A stretch of 62,224 nucleotides of DNA, filler included, from Pirum gemmata (lineage: Eukaryota): the NCBI GenBank assembly GCA_002812295.1. It is 16 parts of 16 records of this genome, joined end to end, with 100 filler letters (N's around TTAATTAATTAA, not from the genome) between each part and the next. Parts side by side here need not be neighbours in the genome. Positions count along the whole stretch, not along the records: positions 11,537 to 15,050 come from PDIN01002387.1; positions 15,151 to 18,586 come from PDIN01002388.1; positions 18,687 to 22,204 come from PDIN01002389.1; positions 22,305 to 25,836 come from PDIN01002390.1; positions 25,937 to 29,435 come from PDIN01002391.1; 11 more parts are not named here. The stretch is one strand, 5' to 3'. Positions 11,650 through 25,938 of the stretch are shown one piece after another. Position numbers and translations under genes: made by a program. The notes under the pieces are model-generated. The model was given only the letters and a program-made list of their open reading frames with translations, had not been told where the DNA came from and ran no database searches. Positions within the stretch are counted from its first letter, which is position 1, and each line of letters starts with the position of its first letter.

Positions 11650-13903
11650 ATGCAAAAGTGGATTGCTCTGACAGAGGCCTCTCATTTTATGAGAACAACT
11701 TTACACTTGCAGTTAGATGACCCATTATTCCAACCTTCTTTGCCTGAATTTTCGAAATACACGGCTACACGCTTAGCTCTATATAACAGTTCGGTAAAAA
11801 GTGATAATAATATTAGCAGTAATAATAATAATGATGGTGGTGGTGGTAATATAAGTAGTAATAGTAGCGACGGTGAAGATAATAATGACAGTAATGACTG
11901 TAGTATATTAGAAACAAGTGAAGCATCTCAGTATCATTATAAGTATGATTCTCATTCTTATACTCAGCACCACCAACGTAATAAAATCAATGGTAGCGAA
12001 AAAGTCAATGATAATAATAATCTTGGTGAGAATACTTCTGAAACTGATGTTATAATAACAAAAGATGAAAGTATTAGTGATAGTAGCAAAATTGTTGATA
12101 GTAATAGTTGCAATAAGAACAGTCCCAAACACACTAAAATTGAGAATGCACCACCCATCGATACCACTATGGAAGATTATGATGATTATGATGAATATGA
12201 TTTAATTATAGACGAAAATGAAAACGTTCAAGATGACGAAGAACAAGATCAAGAACAAGAACAGCAGCCCCAACAAACACAAACACAACCACTATCACTA
12301 CCACCATCACAGCAGAAGCAAAATAATGATTTTAATACCAACAATAATAGTAAGACTGTGAATAGTGATAATGATATTCAAAATTATCGCAATCTTGCTC
12401 ATAATAATCATCATCTTAATTATAATGATAAATATAGCTACCAACATAACGATGCCCACCTTCATGATTCTAATGAACATAACCATCGCCATCACCATAA
12501 CCCAAACCATCATCATCGCCACCATCGCCATAATTATGATAATGATAATACTAGTTATACTTATAGTTATAGTTACCCTCATAGTTACCAATATGATAAC
12601 AACACCCATTATTACAATCGTGAAAATGATAGTGAAAATGATCTTTATAACATTAACAACAACTTAAAACCAACTCACGACGAACACAACAACAATGATA
12701 ATATTAATACTTACGACACGCATAGTATGCTTGAGAACAATACCACCAGCAACAGTCATCATCACAATAACAATAGTACTGATAGTAGCATTCATGATCA
12801 CAAATCTGACCACAACAACAACTTGACTAATAGCCATCGGAGCATTAGTAAAAAAATTAATGTTACTGATAACTATTATAATTATTACAATAGTTACTAT
12901 AGTAATGGTAATGCTACTAAGCATAATAATCATAATCACAATAATACTAATATAAATAATTATAATAATCATAACGTTCAATACTCGTATGAGCAACAAT
13001 GTTATACTGAATTTGAGAGTGGATACATAACTCCTGTATCTGGTTACGTCACCCCCTCATCTGGCTTTTGTTCTCCTACCAATAATCACGATAAAGAGAG
13101 TTTATATCCTATTAATAATCACAATCACAACCACAACCACAACCACAGCCACAGCCACAGCCACAATCACAATCACAACAACCACAACCAACACAACCAC
13201 CAACACAACCACCAACATAACAGTGATTTCGATAGTAAAGATAATGTAAAAGCTACTAATGTTATAAAGAGCGAAACCAAAAAGAATAATCATGGTATTA
13301 ATATTGATACAACTGACAATTACACCAATTACAACAAAGTGATTAGCAAAAGTAGTAAAAAGAAGAATAGTATTGATAATAATAGTGATAATAATAATAA
13401 TAATAATAGTAATAATAATAGTGAGAAGAATAGTGATAATAACAAGAATGAAAATAAGAATAAGAATAATAACAAAGATAATAAAGATAATACTAATAAT
13501 ACCAATACTACTAAAACAACAAAATCGGCGAAAAATGCAAATAAAAAAACGAAAGGCAAGGTGGCCAAGAAGAGTAAAACACAAAACACAGGTATGATTA
13601 AGCTGAAAAACAAAGAAAATCTTCCCCTTGTTATTAATAGTAATGTAAGTCAATTCGATAGTAAAAACTTTGATAGTAATAATATTAATAGTAATACAAG
13701 CATAGCTAACACGGATAGTAAATCTGTTTGTAGAAATTGTAAAACGTTTATTTTGCCGTCTTGGAAAGATAGTAGTGGTAATGTTTTATGTAATGTATGT
13801 GGTGTATTTACATCGGCTACTGGCAAAAAGAAAGCATCCTTTGTGGTTACTACCAATACTAATTATAAAATCAATAGTAATAGTAATAGTAATAGTAAAA
13901 ATC

Positions 13904-13965
<62 letters not shown>

Positions 13966-14703
13966 GCTCCAGAATCAATTTTATTAACGCCACCAACTTC
14001 TAAGAAAAAATTAAAATATTCCATTAATAGTGATACAAAAATTAAAAACAAAAACACACCTAACAACAACAACAACACGAACACGAACACTAACACTAAC
14101 ACTACCACTACCACTACCAAAAGTAAAACCAATGCTAACAGTAATAACAACAATAATAGTAAAATTATCAACGATTCTACTAATACTGCTAATTCTAAAG
14201 TTCTTTTGTCACCTCCAGGGGGCGAGTCCACTTCCCCTTCGTCATACTCCTCTTCAGAATCATCTCCCGGAACACCATTAAAAGGAAAAGCTGCCCAACG
14301 CCAACCTAACAAACGTAATAATGATTTTAATAGTGGCCCTCTTGCATGTGTGAATTGTAGCACTACAGTAACCACACTTTGGCGTAGGAATGATTTTGGT
14401 GACGTAGTTTGCAACGCTTGTGGTCTTTATTGGAAGTTACACAAACGTCCAAGGCCTGTCAATTTGAAAAGTAAAACAATTAGAAAAAGAAATCGAAAAC
14501 AACGCCAACATAAAACCAAAAAGGATGACAAGATAAAGGTTATTTCAAGTGCCGCTTCAACACGACCACCACCTACCATAAATATGGGAAACATGGTGGT
14601 TGATAACAAGATGATGGTGAGTAATCATAATAGTATGGTTACTATCGCGGGTAATAGTTTTTCTGTATCGAATCCTCATCCTTATACCAACAACAATAAT
14701 AAC

Positions 14704-14749
<46 letters not shown>

Positions 14750-14940
14750 TGCTTAGTAAGAATGATGTAAATGGTAAGCAAATTATGGGCAATGGTAAAT
14801 ATGAAAAAAATAGTAATAATAGTAGTAATGTTGTTATTATTAAGAAAAAAAAAGCTATAGATAACAATAATAATAATAATAATAATAATAATTCCGAAAA
14901 GGTTAGTATAAATATGGTGAAACTTGGGAAAAACAAATAA
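11650..14940 (+). CDS. GATA-type zinc-finger transcription factor, two fingers, Asn/His-rich
   Basis: 1096-codon ORF. Canonical CX2CX17CX2C finger [32 protein letters not shown] plus basic tail RPRP...IRKRNRK (14347-14500). Degenerate CX2CX16CX2C finger at 13729-13800. A splice acceptor (TTTTATAG, 11622) lies upstream, so the true 5' end is uncertain. Confidence 0.93.
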
Positions 14941-16734
14941 ACGTTTACTTTTTTTAATTTTTTGGTTTATTTATGATTTTGTTCATTTTGAATTAATATA
15001 TAAAGCAAGGCGATATAACCAATACAATACAATACAATACAATACAATACNNNNNNNNNNNNNNNNNNNNNNNNNNNNNNNNNNNNNNNNNNNNTTAATT
15101 AATTAANNNNNNNNNNNNNNNNNNNNNNNNNNNNNNNNNNNNNNNNNNNNCTATTTATAGTAACTTTAGGCAAATTTCTGGAAGTTCGCCGGTCCGAGCA
15201 TCCAATTGGTAAGATGACGTCATCTCATCCCTCCTTGTCTCAGTCTGTCTGTATCAATAGAATTCTGTAGACTACAATCCTGGACTACAAGTCTACAATC
15301 TTTACATACTTAGCTACAAGACATGTTGCATACGCAGCATGGCATGATGTCGATACTTTGTAAAAATTAAGAGTAAAATACAATTTTTAAAACTATGCTA
15401 GTAAAATTAGTAAAATTAGTCGATTAGTAAGTTAGAGTGCAATATTTTAATTTTTTCATTGAATTTTATCACATAACTAAAAATAAGAAAATATATTAAT
15501 AGAAAACTATATACGTTACGTACAATTAAAATAATATGTTAGGTCTATTATAATTTATAAATTATTGTACAATCAAACCAGCGTACAAATCATCAAATGA
15601 GGTAGTCTGACTAGTCTCATCAAATGAATTCCAGATGGAAGAGGTCAGAAACTTTGACATACAGTGTCATGTAAATAGTGAATAATTATTAAATGTCCTA
15701 CTTCTACCAATGCCACCATAAGCTCTACCATTCTACCTAAACCATTATTACTACTCACTATGGAGCAATATGATATCAATACTGATACTCACACCACTCA
15801 CTACAGTGGCTAGTAGCTAGCTAGCTAGCTAGAGCAAGTTATCATATGATACTAGCTAGACTCTAGCTAGCTAGCTAGTGCTTTGTTACTACTTTATTGT
15901 ACTTTATCAGTACTTGATAATAATATCTTGAACTATTAAAAGTGTCAACAAGAAAGTGTTAATAAAAAATTCTTACAGACCTTGCAGGTTCTTTGCCTAG
16001 CTAGCTAGCTAGTAGGGTCCTTTTCTGTTTCTTTCAGGGGTTTCTTTGCTCCTCCCTGACGTTCTACTACTATATAGACCCCCCCCCCCTATGCTTTGCT
16101 TAGCTAGCTCTAGCTAGTAGCTAGCTACTACTAGCTAGCTAGCTAGCTAGAGCTTGCTCCACACCATTCCACACCGCTCCAGCCACATCGGTTCACAAAG
16201 ACTCCACATGCCTATCATACTCCTATCATGCCTCTAGTATCATGCCTTGTCTAGCTAGCTAGCTAGCCCAGTAGCTCAAGGCTCAATCATCCAATCGCTA
16301 GAGAGTTCAATAATTTAGACCAATAGACCAGCAGATTATTGTTTCTAAAAATAAAGCTAGTCTAATATGATAATGTAGCGTGCTCTAGAGCTAGCTAGCT
16401 AGCTAGCTAGCTAGAGATCTCATACTGGTCTAAGTAGAGTCTAAGTACTATCATTTATACTACGTAGCTACGTAGCTCAGAAAAAAAATTATAGTATATT
16501 ACTAAATTTAAAATTAGCTACTATATATAGAGCTATTATGTTACGGTACCGGTATTTTATAAATATAGTTTAGCCTTTTTAGCTACTTTTGATTTCTTAA
16601 TATGTAATAAATGCTTGCTACCGGTATACAAAGTCTGTGTTTTAATTTTTTTTTTTTTTTTTTGTTAAACTAGCCAGAAATTTTTTTTTTTTTTTTTTTT
16701 CTTTCCTAAAAACCTTTTAAAAAAAAAAAATATT

Positions 16735-16902
16735 AACTAGCCAAATTATTTTTAAAAAATAACCATTGGTTCATAAAAGAGTTTTCTTAGTCAGACTATT
16801 TCTCAAAATTTGGTAGTACTTTTATTAAAAAATTGGATTATTTTTGGATTTTTTGGATTTTTGAGCTCATATGGCGGATGTCGCCATTTTTATCCGGCTT
16901 GG
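16735..16902 (-). mobile_element. Dispersed repeat family H (end motif CCAAGCCGGATAAAA), probable MITE
   Basis: Homologous copies at about 45966-46173, 7925-8148, 40955-41080, 44710-44795 and 975-1052. TTTTATCCGGCT occurs at the opposite end in the 7925-8148 copy. Confidence 0.65.
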
Positions 16903-17591
16903 ACCAGCCGCTTGGACGCACGCCGCTTGGTATGACATAGTTAAGTGGTAGGTAGAATAGTGATGAAAATTTCGAAATGCTTCATAATAATAAAATCAAC
17001 AAACTCACTGAGAACTAAAAGTTTCAAAAAAGAATGGGTTTTTAAAAAAAAGACTTTTAAAAGGTTTTTTAATTAAAAAAATATTGATTTTATTAAGTTA
17101 TTGTTAATGATTAAAACCCTTTCATCTATCTATTAGGTACCCATGAAATTGCAGTTAGCGGTATTAATTTTCTAAAGTGAAGCAATATTTTTTTTTTTAC
17201 ATATGCACTCGTAGTACATATGCATTAGGAAAAAAAAGTACTTTTTTTTAAAAAAATACCATATGTAATTTGAGAGGAGTCATGACCTCATTGTTTTTCA
17301 TTTGTTTTTTTTCATCGAAATCTGAAAGGCCAAAACAAACAAAGAAAACAAAGTTCCCAACTAAGTTCCCCCGCCAAACACCTGACGCCAAACACCTGAC
17401 GCCAAACACCTGACGCCAAACACCCAAAGAAATCTTTTTTTTTTGATAACCGTTTTTTCCTAAGTGTAGAAACAAAGGTACTCCTTCAAGAGAGCCTGTA
17501 GCCCGGCCTGTAGCCTGTAGTAGTAGGCTGTAGCAGCCTACTTGCAGAGTACTTGCAGCCTATCTACTAGCTAGCTAGCTAGTAGAGATAG

Positions 17592-18023
17592 CAGGGATGT
17601 TAAATCCGACCTTTTTTCCAAAACCGCCCGACCCGATACGACCATTTTGTTTCCCGACCGACAAAAATTTTATTTCCTCGATCCGATCCGACCAATTTTT
17701 AAAATTTTCCTCTAGTCTATATTAAGTCATTTTTACCATAATTGGTTATGCTATTACCATAATTCGTAATATTATTTACAAAACAAAAAAATCAAAAGAA
17801 CATGAAAAGACAACATTGAAAATTTCAATTTTTGAAACTTGAAAGAGCATAATATAAATATCCTTCAAACCTTGAATCATCCTAAAAAAAAATAAAAAAA
17901 AAGTCGGATTCGGATTAAAAAAGTCTCTACCCCAACCGATCCGATCCGACGACCCTTCAAAACCGACCGAATCCGAGTCGTCCATCCGACAATCCGAAAT
18001 CCGACACAGATTTAACAACCCTG
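17592..18023. mobile_element. hAT-like non-autonomous element (family D)
   Basis: 15-bp TIR CAGGGATGTTAAATC / GATTTAACAACCCTG with one mismatch. Many subterminal CCGA motifs near both ends. No 8-bp TSD is visible; only TAG flanks both sides. Confidence 0.7.
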
Positions 18024-18293
18024 TAGCTGTGTAGCAGCTCTCTACGGAGTGGCTATTTTGGAACTATTACTTTTTCTCTAGCCAATAATATCTCATTGCT
18101 CCGATTTTTTTTTTAAAATTTTCACCCGTTCTTGAAAATTCTTGTGGGGTGCTCAGATTCAGATTCCTGTGCTATTTTTGTTATACCAGTTTAACAGAAT
18201 TTAACAGCTAGCTAGTTAAACATATACCATAAAAAAAAAAAAAAAAAAAAAAGATTTTCAAAAAAAAAAAATAATTTATACGACCTAATAGTT

Positions 18294-18474
18294 GTGCTTT
18301 CCATTTATTTTGTCACTCTGAATGTTGATTTGGAGGGCTATAATATTTAAATTGATATTTTTAAATCAATAAATAGATATTTAATTATAACAAATTAAAT
18401 TAAATGGATTTATATTGTATGAACTTGGTACTATTTATTGTATACTTTATGATTAAAAAACAACTGAAAAGTAC
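18294..18474 (+). mobile_element. MITE family A copy
   Basis: GTGCTTTCCATTTATTTTGTCA...CAACTGAAAAGTAC, colinear with 9279-9459. Confidence 0.8.
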
Positions 18475-18508
18475 TAGTCTACTAGCTAAACTAGCACTAC
18501 CGGTACTA

Positions 18509-18575
18509 AGGAGGGATGAGATGACGTCATCTTACTAATTGGACGCCTAAAGTTACTATAAATAGTATAATAAAC
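18509..18575 (+). mobile_element. End of a TIR element (family F, AGGAGGGATGAGATGACGTCATC), truncated by a linker
   Basis: An inverted homologue lies at 15151-15235. The terminus resembles the family E TIR. Confidence 0.55.
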
Positions 18576-20252
18576 TCTTTTATAGGNNNNNNNNNNNNNN
18601 NNNNNNNNNNNNNNNNNNNNNNNNNNNNNNTTAATTAATTAANNNNNNNNNNNNNNNNNNNNNNNNNNNNNNNNNNNNNNNNNNNNCCCTAACCCTACCT
18701 AACCCTAACCCTAACCCTAACCCTAGCTAGACCCTAACACTACCCTAACCCTAACCCTAGCTAGCTAGCCCGACCGCTACTACTACCGCTACTATCATAC
18801 TAGCTAGCTAGCTAGAGACAAACAGACATACCTGACCTGGACTCTCCTGTCTGGACTCAAAAAAGTGGACTCAAGCTAGTCTACTCTACCTGGACCACCT
18901 GGTAGACTAGCAAATTCCTTTTTTATTTTTTTTAGGTATTTCGAATTAACAAATTTAAATACCAAATTAATTAATTACTGCCTATATATTATTATTTAGG
19001 TGGTTTTTATTTTCATTGGTAAAACTATGTATAGAAATAGACTGGCTCTAGAGCTAGGCCTCTAGAGAGTCTGGCTAGACTAGTCTAACCTACAGGTAGC
19101 CTATTATCTGAGCCTACTAGTATCATACTATGATAGTTTTCCAGTAGACTATAGCTAGTTCTATCATACTATCGATAGCTATGATATCATAGCTAGCTAT
19201 CATTTTTAGCTACTAGCTTCTAGTTCTACTATCTGGATACTATCATAGTAGTTCTGCTAGACTTCTACTAGCTAGTAGACTAGTCTAGCTAGCTAGTAGG
19301 AGAAATACCACATGGCAAAACGATGATTGACGTTTTGTTGACGTACCTGTTGACCGTGACGTAATCTATAAATTCGAGTCAAATCAATCTATAATATAGA
19401 CTACTACAATTTTGAAATAGTTCGAAGCTCGAATTTCAATTCAATGACGTAAAAACATTGAGGTATTTCTTTCTAAAGAAAGGGAACTGAAAGGGAGCGT
19501 TCAAATAATACGTCACGTCAAGGGGTAGGTAGGTAGTCGGTATTTGACCAGAAATTAACGTAGGTAGGTAGGGGTATTTGAAGCTGTATTTGACTGGAAA
19601 TGGGCAATTGGGCATTACATAGTATTTGAAGTTTGAAGATTCAATACCACAAGATAGTCTACATTAGTCTATTATGATACTAGCTAGGTCTATAGCTAGC
19701 TAGCTAGCTAGAAACCTGAGCTAGCTAGTAGAGTCTGTAGAGACTGCTACTCCAGATAGTCTAGCTAGCTAGCTAGCTACTATGTATAGTCTACTAGTCT
19801 ATCTGATATGATAGTCTAGCAAGCTAGCTAGCTAGCTAGAAGTAGACTATCTGCACCAAATTAATACAATATAAATCCATTTAATTTAATTTGGTATATT
19901 TTATTATCTATTTATTGATTTAAAAATGTCAATTTAAAGATTATAACCCTCCAAATAAATATTCGGAGTGACAAAATAAATGAAAGGCACAGTAGTTAGT
20001 GTTGAAACTGTTGAGGCCTTTTATGGACTCTGGCCTTGGGTAGAAATTATTTATTCTATCAGATAGACTAGCTAGTAGGAAGTTTATTTGGGGTGTGTTA
20101 TAATTTGTATTATTATGATATAAATAAAATAAATCTTTAATTAAATGTTTAAAATTTGTTTTATCACATTTTTAAATATAACATACTATTATATACGAAG
20201 TCTGTTTCAACTTTCCACCAAACTTTTGTAATTGACAATTCTATATATATTT

Positions 20253-20435
20253 ATCGTCTATTTCATTATAATTACAGTTGCCCTCTAGAGATCTCAATCT
20301 TTAATTTGGTAATGTTTAAGTGTATATTAATAATTGAACTTGTTTATAAAATACAACATTAGCTATCAAATATCAGTAAAAAACCATAATAATAATTTCA
20401 GCTTTTGAACTGGACAACACTATTGAAAAACACGA
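20253..20435 (+). mobile_element. ~185-bp MITE, family B
   Basis: TCGTCTATTTCATTA...TATTGAAAAACACGA imperfect TIR. A full copy lies at 54538-54722, and partial copies near 6196-6355, 10692-10850 and 41226-41380. Confidence 0.75.
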
Positions 20436-21126
20436 CATTATGATAATATTATAAATATTATTTAGGCCTAGGCATATAAAAATGAAAATAATTGTATGCA
20501 GCTATAGTATGCAGCTGCAGAATATTTTAAAGTATTTGATATCTATGTATAATATGATATTATATTAATATTAATATTGATTATAAAAAATGTGGGGATT
20601 CAGAACTGGATTCAGTTAGCTAGAATCTAAATCCAACAACGTAAAGCTATATATAATATGCAATATATTCATAAATATTATGTAGATATCATTATTAATA
20701 ATTGAAGTATCGATCATTTATAAATATTAGTGATATTTATTCAATTTTATTTTACCGTCTACTCTACCCTAAAAAATGAGAATTTCAAGAAAACCATGAT
20801 TTTCTATTAAAACTCTATTTTCCAGTTGCCATAGACCGGGGTCTATACAATCATTCTTTTTTATATTTACAACGTCGCAGGAGGTGAGAATACCTACGAC
20901 ATTGGTTTTTGTTTTTAAAAACTATTAAACAAACATAGTCTAACTATAGTATTTTTAAAAAAGAAGAGTTACTGTCTACTGCATGTTTAACTCTAAACGC
21001 AACCACTATCTGTTTAGTTTTTATTAGATACTTGCTTTTTATCCTTGAATCCCTAATGAATTTTTTCATTATTTTTCAAACAAAGAACAATTTTTTTCTT
21101 ATTCAATAATCAATATCAATAATAAG

Positions 21127-21365
21127 AGTAGTGAGACTGAGGGGTGAGATATCTACTGGAACTTTTTTCGAACAGGTGCTTATCGAGCCAACCTTAGTTC
21201 CGTGTTTCTTACTAATAATAGTAGTTAAATAGCTTAAAATAGTAAATTCAATTATATTAGATACCAAGTAAAGTAATAATGTTAACATAATAGTAATAAA
21301 CATAAAATCGGAAAAGTCCCGGCAGCTGTTCGGTAATAATAAAATGACGTCATCTCACCCCTACT
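21127..21365 (-). mobile_element. hAT-type MITE (family E), copy 2
   Basis: Reverse-complement homologue of 8483-8696. 8-bp TSD ATAATAAG at 21119-21126 and 21366-21373. The left TIR is interrupted by a 10-nt insertion. Confidence 0.82.
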
Positions 21366-22335
21366 ATAATAAGTCTGTTCTTAGAGTAGTAGAGTCTAGC
21401 TACTAGCTAGCTAGAGTAGACTAACTTGTACTCGAACTTGTAAACTAGAGACTACCACTAAGCTAGCTAGACGGTCCTAGCTAGACCTAGTCAGATGAAA
21501 ATGTTTCTTATTTCTTTTATAATACACTATGAATCTCTGTCTATGTAAAATAATGTAATATCATATAATAAAAAATAATAAATATTGATAAACATGCTTT
21601 TTTCTGAAGAAGGGATAAAAATAAAAATAAATTTATATGATATTATTTTTTAATACTGGTTGGTAGAACTTTGGTAGACTACTAAGACTAGAGAAAATAG
21701 GAATAAAAGTTATTATCATAATATAATATTATATAAAACACATGCTAGCTAGTCTACAGTAGATAGTAGACTGTAGATACATCATACTTGAAAAATGTTT
21801 ATTTTGTTATATCAATATTCAATTGTTATATTTAATGTTACATTAAATATTATTTGTATGAATAATAAGTAATAATATAATATGATTATTATCATAATTA
21901 GCATAATATATGCATGCATTATAAATTAAAGCTAATAATACTAAATAACTACTAAATATTATTAATAATTTGTTTATCATTATATTATTATTTATGATAT
22001 CATAACATTATGTGATACTTATTACTGTACAATGTCATGTAAAATAAATGTGTGTCTTGATAGTTTTACTGGTGCGTTTATTTCAGTTTTTGAAAAACTT
22101 GAAAAATATGATACTTTTTAAAAATATCAATCGATAATTATTGTATTTAAATTAAACTTTTAATTATAATAATATTATTAATATTATTAATAATATTATT
22201 AATANNNNNNNNNNNNNNNNNNNNNNNNNNNNNNNNNNNNNNNNNNNNTTAATTAATTAANNNNNNNNNNNNNNNNNNNNNNNNNNNNNNNNNNNNNNNN
22301 NNNNAGTAGTAGTAGTAGTAGTAGTAGCAGTAGCA

Positions 22336-22366
<31 letters not shown>

Positions 22367-24303
22367 AAGTAGTAGTAGTCTCTGATCGCTGGTTTGCTGC
22401 ACAGGAAACTGTTGGACAATGTTTGGCCATTAATTGTTTTTTTAAAAAAATTTCTCTGCTATGATATGCTATCCCTCACTTATTTGTTGTATTGGAAAAC
22501 TTCTAGGTGTTGTATGGCTGTTATTGTTATCTATTTTTATCTAAATATGCTGGATGATGTATGGCTGTTATTGTTATCTATTTTAATCTAAATATTTATG
22601 CAGAATTCTACCCAAAAAAAAAATAGAAAATTATATATATATTATTTATATCAATATTTTAGTTAATGTATTCTACCCATGACTCTGTGATTCGATTAAT
22701 AAGTTCAAATATATACTCAGTTCAAATATAAGTAATTGTTCATTAGTTTGGAAAAAAAGTTTTTTTTTTTTTTTCAGAGTAAAAGAAGGTTAAAAAAAAA
22801 TTTATTATATTTTTTTCAATAATGAATATTCTACCCTGTACAAAAATAATAAAAGTTTTTTAATCACCAATAACAAACCAAACTTATTGTTGTTGTTGTT
22901 GTTGTTATTGTTTTTGTTTTTGTTAATATTATTATAATATTATTATATTTAATATAATGTTAATAATGTTATTATTATTATTATCGTACTGCCATTATTA
23001 CTATTGTTTCTATAACTATTATTTTTATTATTGTTATTGTTATTGTTATTGTTATTGTTATTGTTATTGTTATTGTTATTGTTAGTGTTATTGTTATTGT
23101 TATTGTTATTGTTATTGTTATTGTTATNNNNNNNNNNNNNNNNNNNNNNNNNNNNNNNNNNNNNNNNNNNNNNNNNNNNNNNNNNNNNNNNNNNNNNNNN
23201 NNNNNNNNNNNNNTATTGTTATTGTTATTGTTATTGTTATTGTTATTGTTATTGTTATTGTTATTGTTATTGTTATTGTTATTGTTATTGTTATTGTTAT
23301 TGTTATTGTATAGTTGTTGTTATTGTTACTGTTATTGTTAATAATATTAATTGTTATGGTTATGGTTATGGTTATTGTTATTGTTATTGTTATTGTTATT
23401 GTTATCATTATTAATATTGTTATTGCTATGACTATCGTATTTACAGTGTAAGCAGGTGTACATATATAGAAAATTTATATTATCATAATAATCACATTTA
23501 GGACTTACAACTACTTTTTAATAATAATAAAAAAAGATTTATCTGTTTTTTTTTTATTTTTTTTTATTTTTTTTTATTTTTATTTTATTTAAAAAAAAAA
23601 ACTAAGAAAAAAAAACTAAGAAAAAAAAGCTATTTCTAGAAAGCTTTATTATAAATTAGCCTATAGCTATACTCTTCTCTTTTAATATTACCATGTTTAG
23701 TAGTAAAGCCAATTAAATTACTATATTAAGTAAGCAAGATGAAAGTACCGTTTGCTACCATTCAAGTGTGAGAATAAAGTGCTTTATTATTTTTCTATCA
23801 AATAAACTAAAAACGTTTGACTTTTTTGGTTTTTTCATTATAATTTCAGTTTTCGAACATTATCAATGTTATAATAATTATTTAAAAAATAAATTTTTAA
23901 TGTTCGAACATATAAATATAAAAATGGGACTTTTAATTAGTAAAAAAAGCAGGGTAGTAGTAAAAGTAATAGAAGTAGTAGTAGTGGTGTTGATTATTAT
24001 ATACGTCGTAGTAGTAGTAATAATATAGTAGTAGTGGTAATAGTAATGCTATTACTAAATGTATTGGTACTAGTAATAATATTAATAGTAGTAGTGGTAG
24101 TGGTGGTCGTGGTAGTAGTAATGGCAGTGGTGGTGGTAGTGTTGTTGATTATTATAATATTATATTATACGTCGTAGTAGTAGTAGTAATATAGTAGTAG
24201 TGGTAATAGTAATGCTATTACTAAATGTATTGGTACTAGTAATAATATTAATAGTAGTGGATCAACCAAATCTTAAAAAATATCCAACCTTAACTTTAAC
24301 GTA

Positions 24304-24700
24304 ACGCCAATTTCAAATCAAATACAGCTTCAAATACCCCTACCTACGTAGCTACCCCTTGACGTTAATTTCCTGGTCAAATACCGCCTACCTACCTACC
24401 CCTTGACAGTAATATTTGAGCACTCACTTAACATAACGCCAAATACAGCTTCAAATACCCCTCCCTGACTACCCCTTGACGTTAATTTCCTGGTCAAATA
24501 CCGCCAACCTACCTACCCCTTGACGGTATTATTTGAGCACTCCCTTAACATAACGCCAAATACAGCTTCTAAATCTTTATTATTAGGGAGGGTTCGTCAC
24601 GTCAAGGGGTAGGTAGGTAGGTGGTATTTGACTGGAAATTAACGTCGAGGGGTAGGTATTTGAAGCTGTATTGGACTGGAAATTGGCGTTATGTAGTATT
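24304..24700. repeat. Cluster of family C units: about 2.3 tandem copies followed by an inverted copy
   Basis: The unit AAATACAGCTTCAAATACCCC...CCTACCTACCCCTTGACG repeats and then appears reversed from about 24585. It is homologous to 19493-19631 and 30789-30935. Confidence 0.8.
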
Positions 24701-25361
24701 TGGTCGTGGTTTATTATTATTGTTATTTTTATTTTATTTTTATTTTTTATTTGGGAAATTTGGACAAAAAACGATTGTATGACGTCACGGATTTCCATTG
24801 GGCTGCAGAAGTGCTGCAGACCTAATTCCTATGATACTAGCTGGCTAGCTAGACCCCCTACTTCAAAAACACTGGACCAGCTATTGAAAAACACGTTTAT
24901 CGTCTATTTCATTACAATTCTCCTTTCTATCTTTGATTTGGTACCGTTCAATTGTATAATTGAACTTTTTTATAAATATAAAATTACTATATAAAGTATC
25001 AAATTAATTAAAACTGACCAATTAAATATAATTTGGTAAGCTTATTCCTATGATACTACTAGCTAGACCCCCCACTAGTCTAAGCACTATAAAATAAATA
25101 CCACCAGATGCCCACAGCAAATTTGTCAGCAATTGCATATTAGCCAATTACTTGGCTAGTATCATTAGAGTGAGACATGCGAAAGCCAGTAAAAATTTGT
25201 TATTTTTCAAAGAAAATGACGTGCTTGTTTCATTTTTGCTTTCGTTAAGAATCGTTAAACCAATCATATTATCATTATAATTAGGGTATTGCTTTCAATT
25301 CGTATTTGCTTTCGTTCTGTTGGAGTCTGTCTGACTATGTCAACTACCCGACTCTGAGTCT

Positions 25362-25720
25362 GACCCTGAAAACTCGAATTTCTGCTGTCAAAAAAAAGAG
25401 CTCCGTTCGAAAAATATTTTTTTTTCGTATTTTTCGGGTTTATAAATAAATAAATATATTTGAATACTTAATTGTAATCTTGAACATTTCGATCTTTTTA
25501 TTTAATACATAGAAATCTTGACTTCTTTCTGCCCTGACTTCGGACCGTATTTCTCCTATTCTGCTCGAACCCGAAAACTCGAATTTCTGCTGTCGAAAAA
25601 AAGCCGCAATTCAGCTCGGTTCGAAAATTATTTTTTTATTTTTTCGGGTTTATAAATAAATAAATATGCTTGAATATTTAACTGTTAGCTTAAAATTTTC
25701 GAACTTATTTAATTAATGTA
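25362..25720 (+). repeat. Dispersed repeat family G, two tandem copies
   Basis: GAAAACTCGAATTTCTGCTGTC...TTTTCGGGTTTATAAATAAATAAATAT occurs twice. An inverted copy lies at about 43690-43860. Confidence 0.75.
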
Positions 25721-25938
25721 AAAGCTCGAAAACTCGATTTTTTAAAAATAAAGCTGATTCCTATAATAACCTTTTAACAGAAATTTCTGAATAGCTATTG
25801 GTTATTAACTTGTCTTTTAAAAAAAAAAAAAAAAAANNNNNNNNNNNNNNNNNNNNNNNNNNNNNNNNNNNNNNNNNNNNTTAATTAATTAANNNNNNNN
25901 NNNNNNNNNNNNNNNNNNNNNNNNNNNNNNNNNNNNAT

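Noticed and set aside
11623..11720. Alternative frame [31 protein letters not shown] after the acceptor, and a DUF1752-like reading of LDDPL
   Set aside because: No family recognised, the upstream exon is lost at the linker, and the residues after DDPL do not fit the AreA-type motif.
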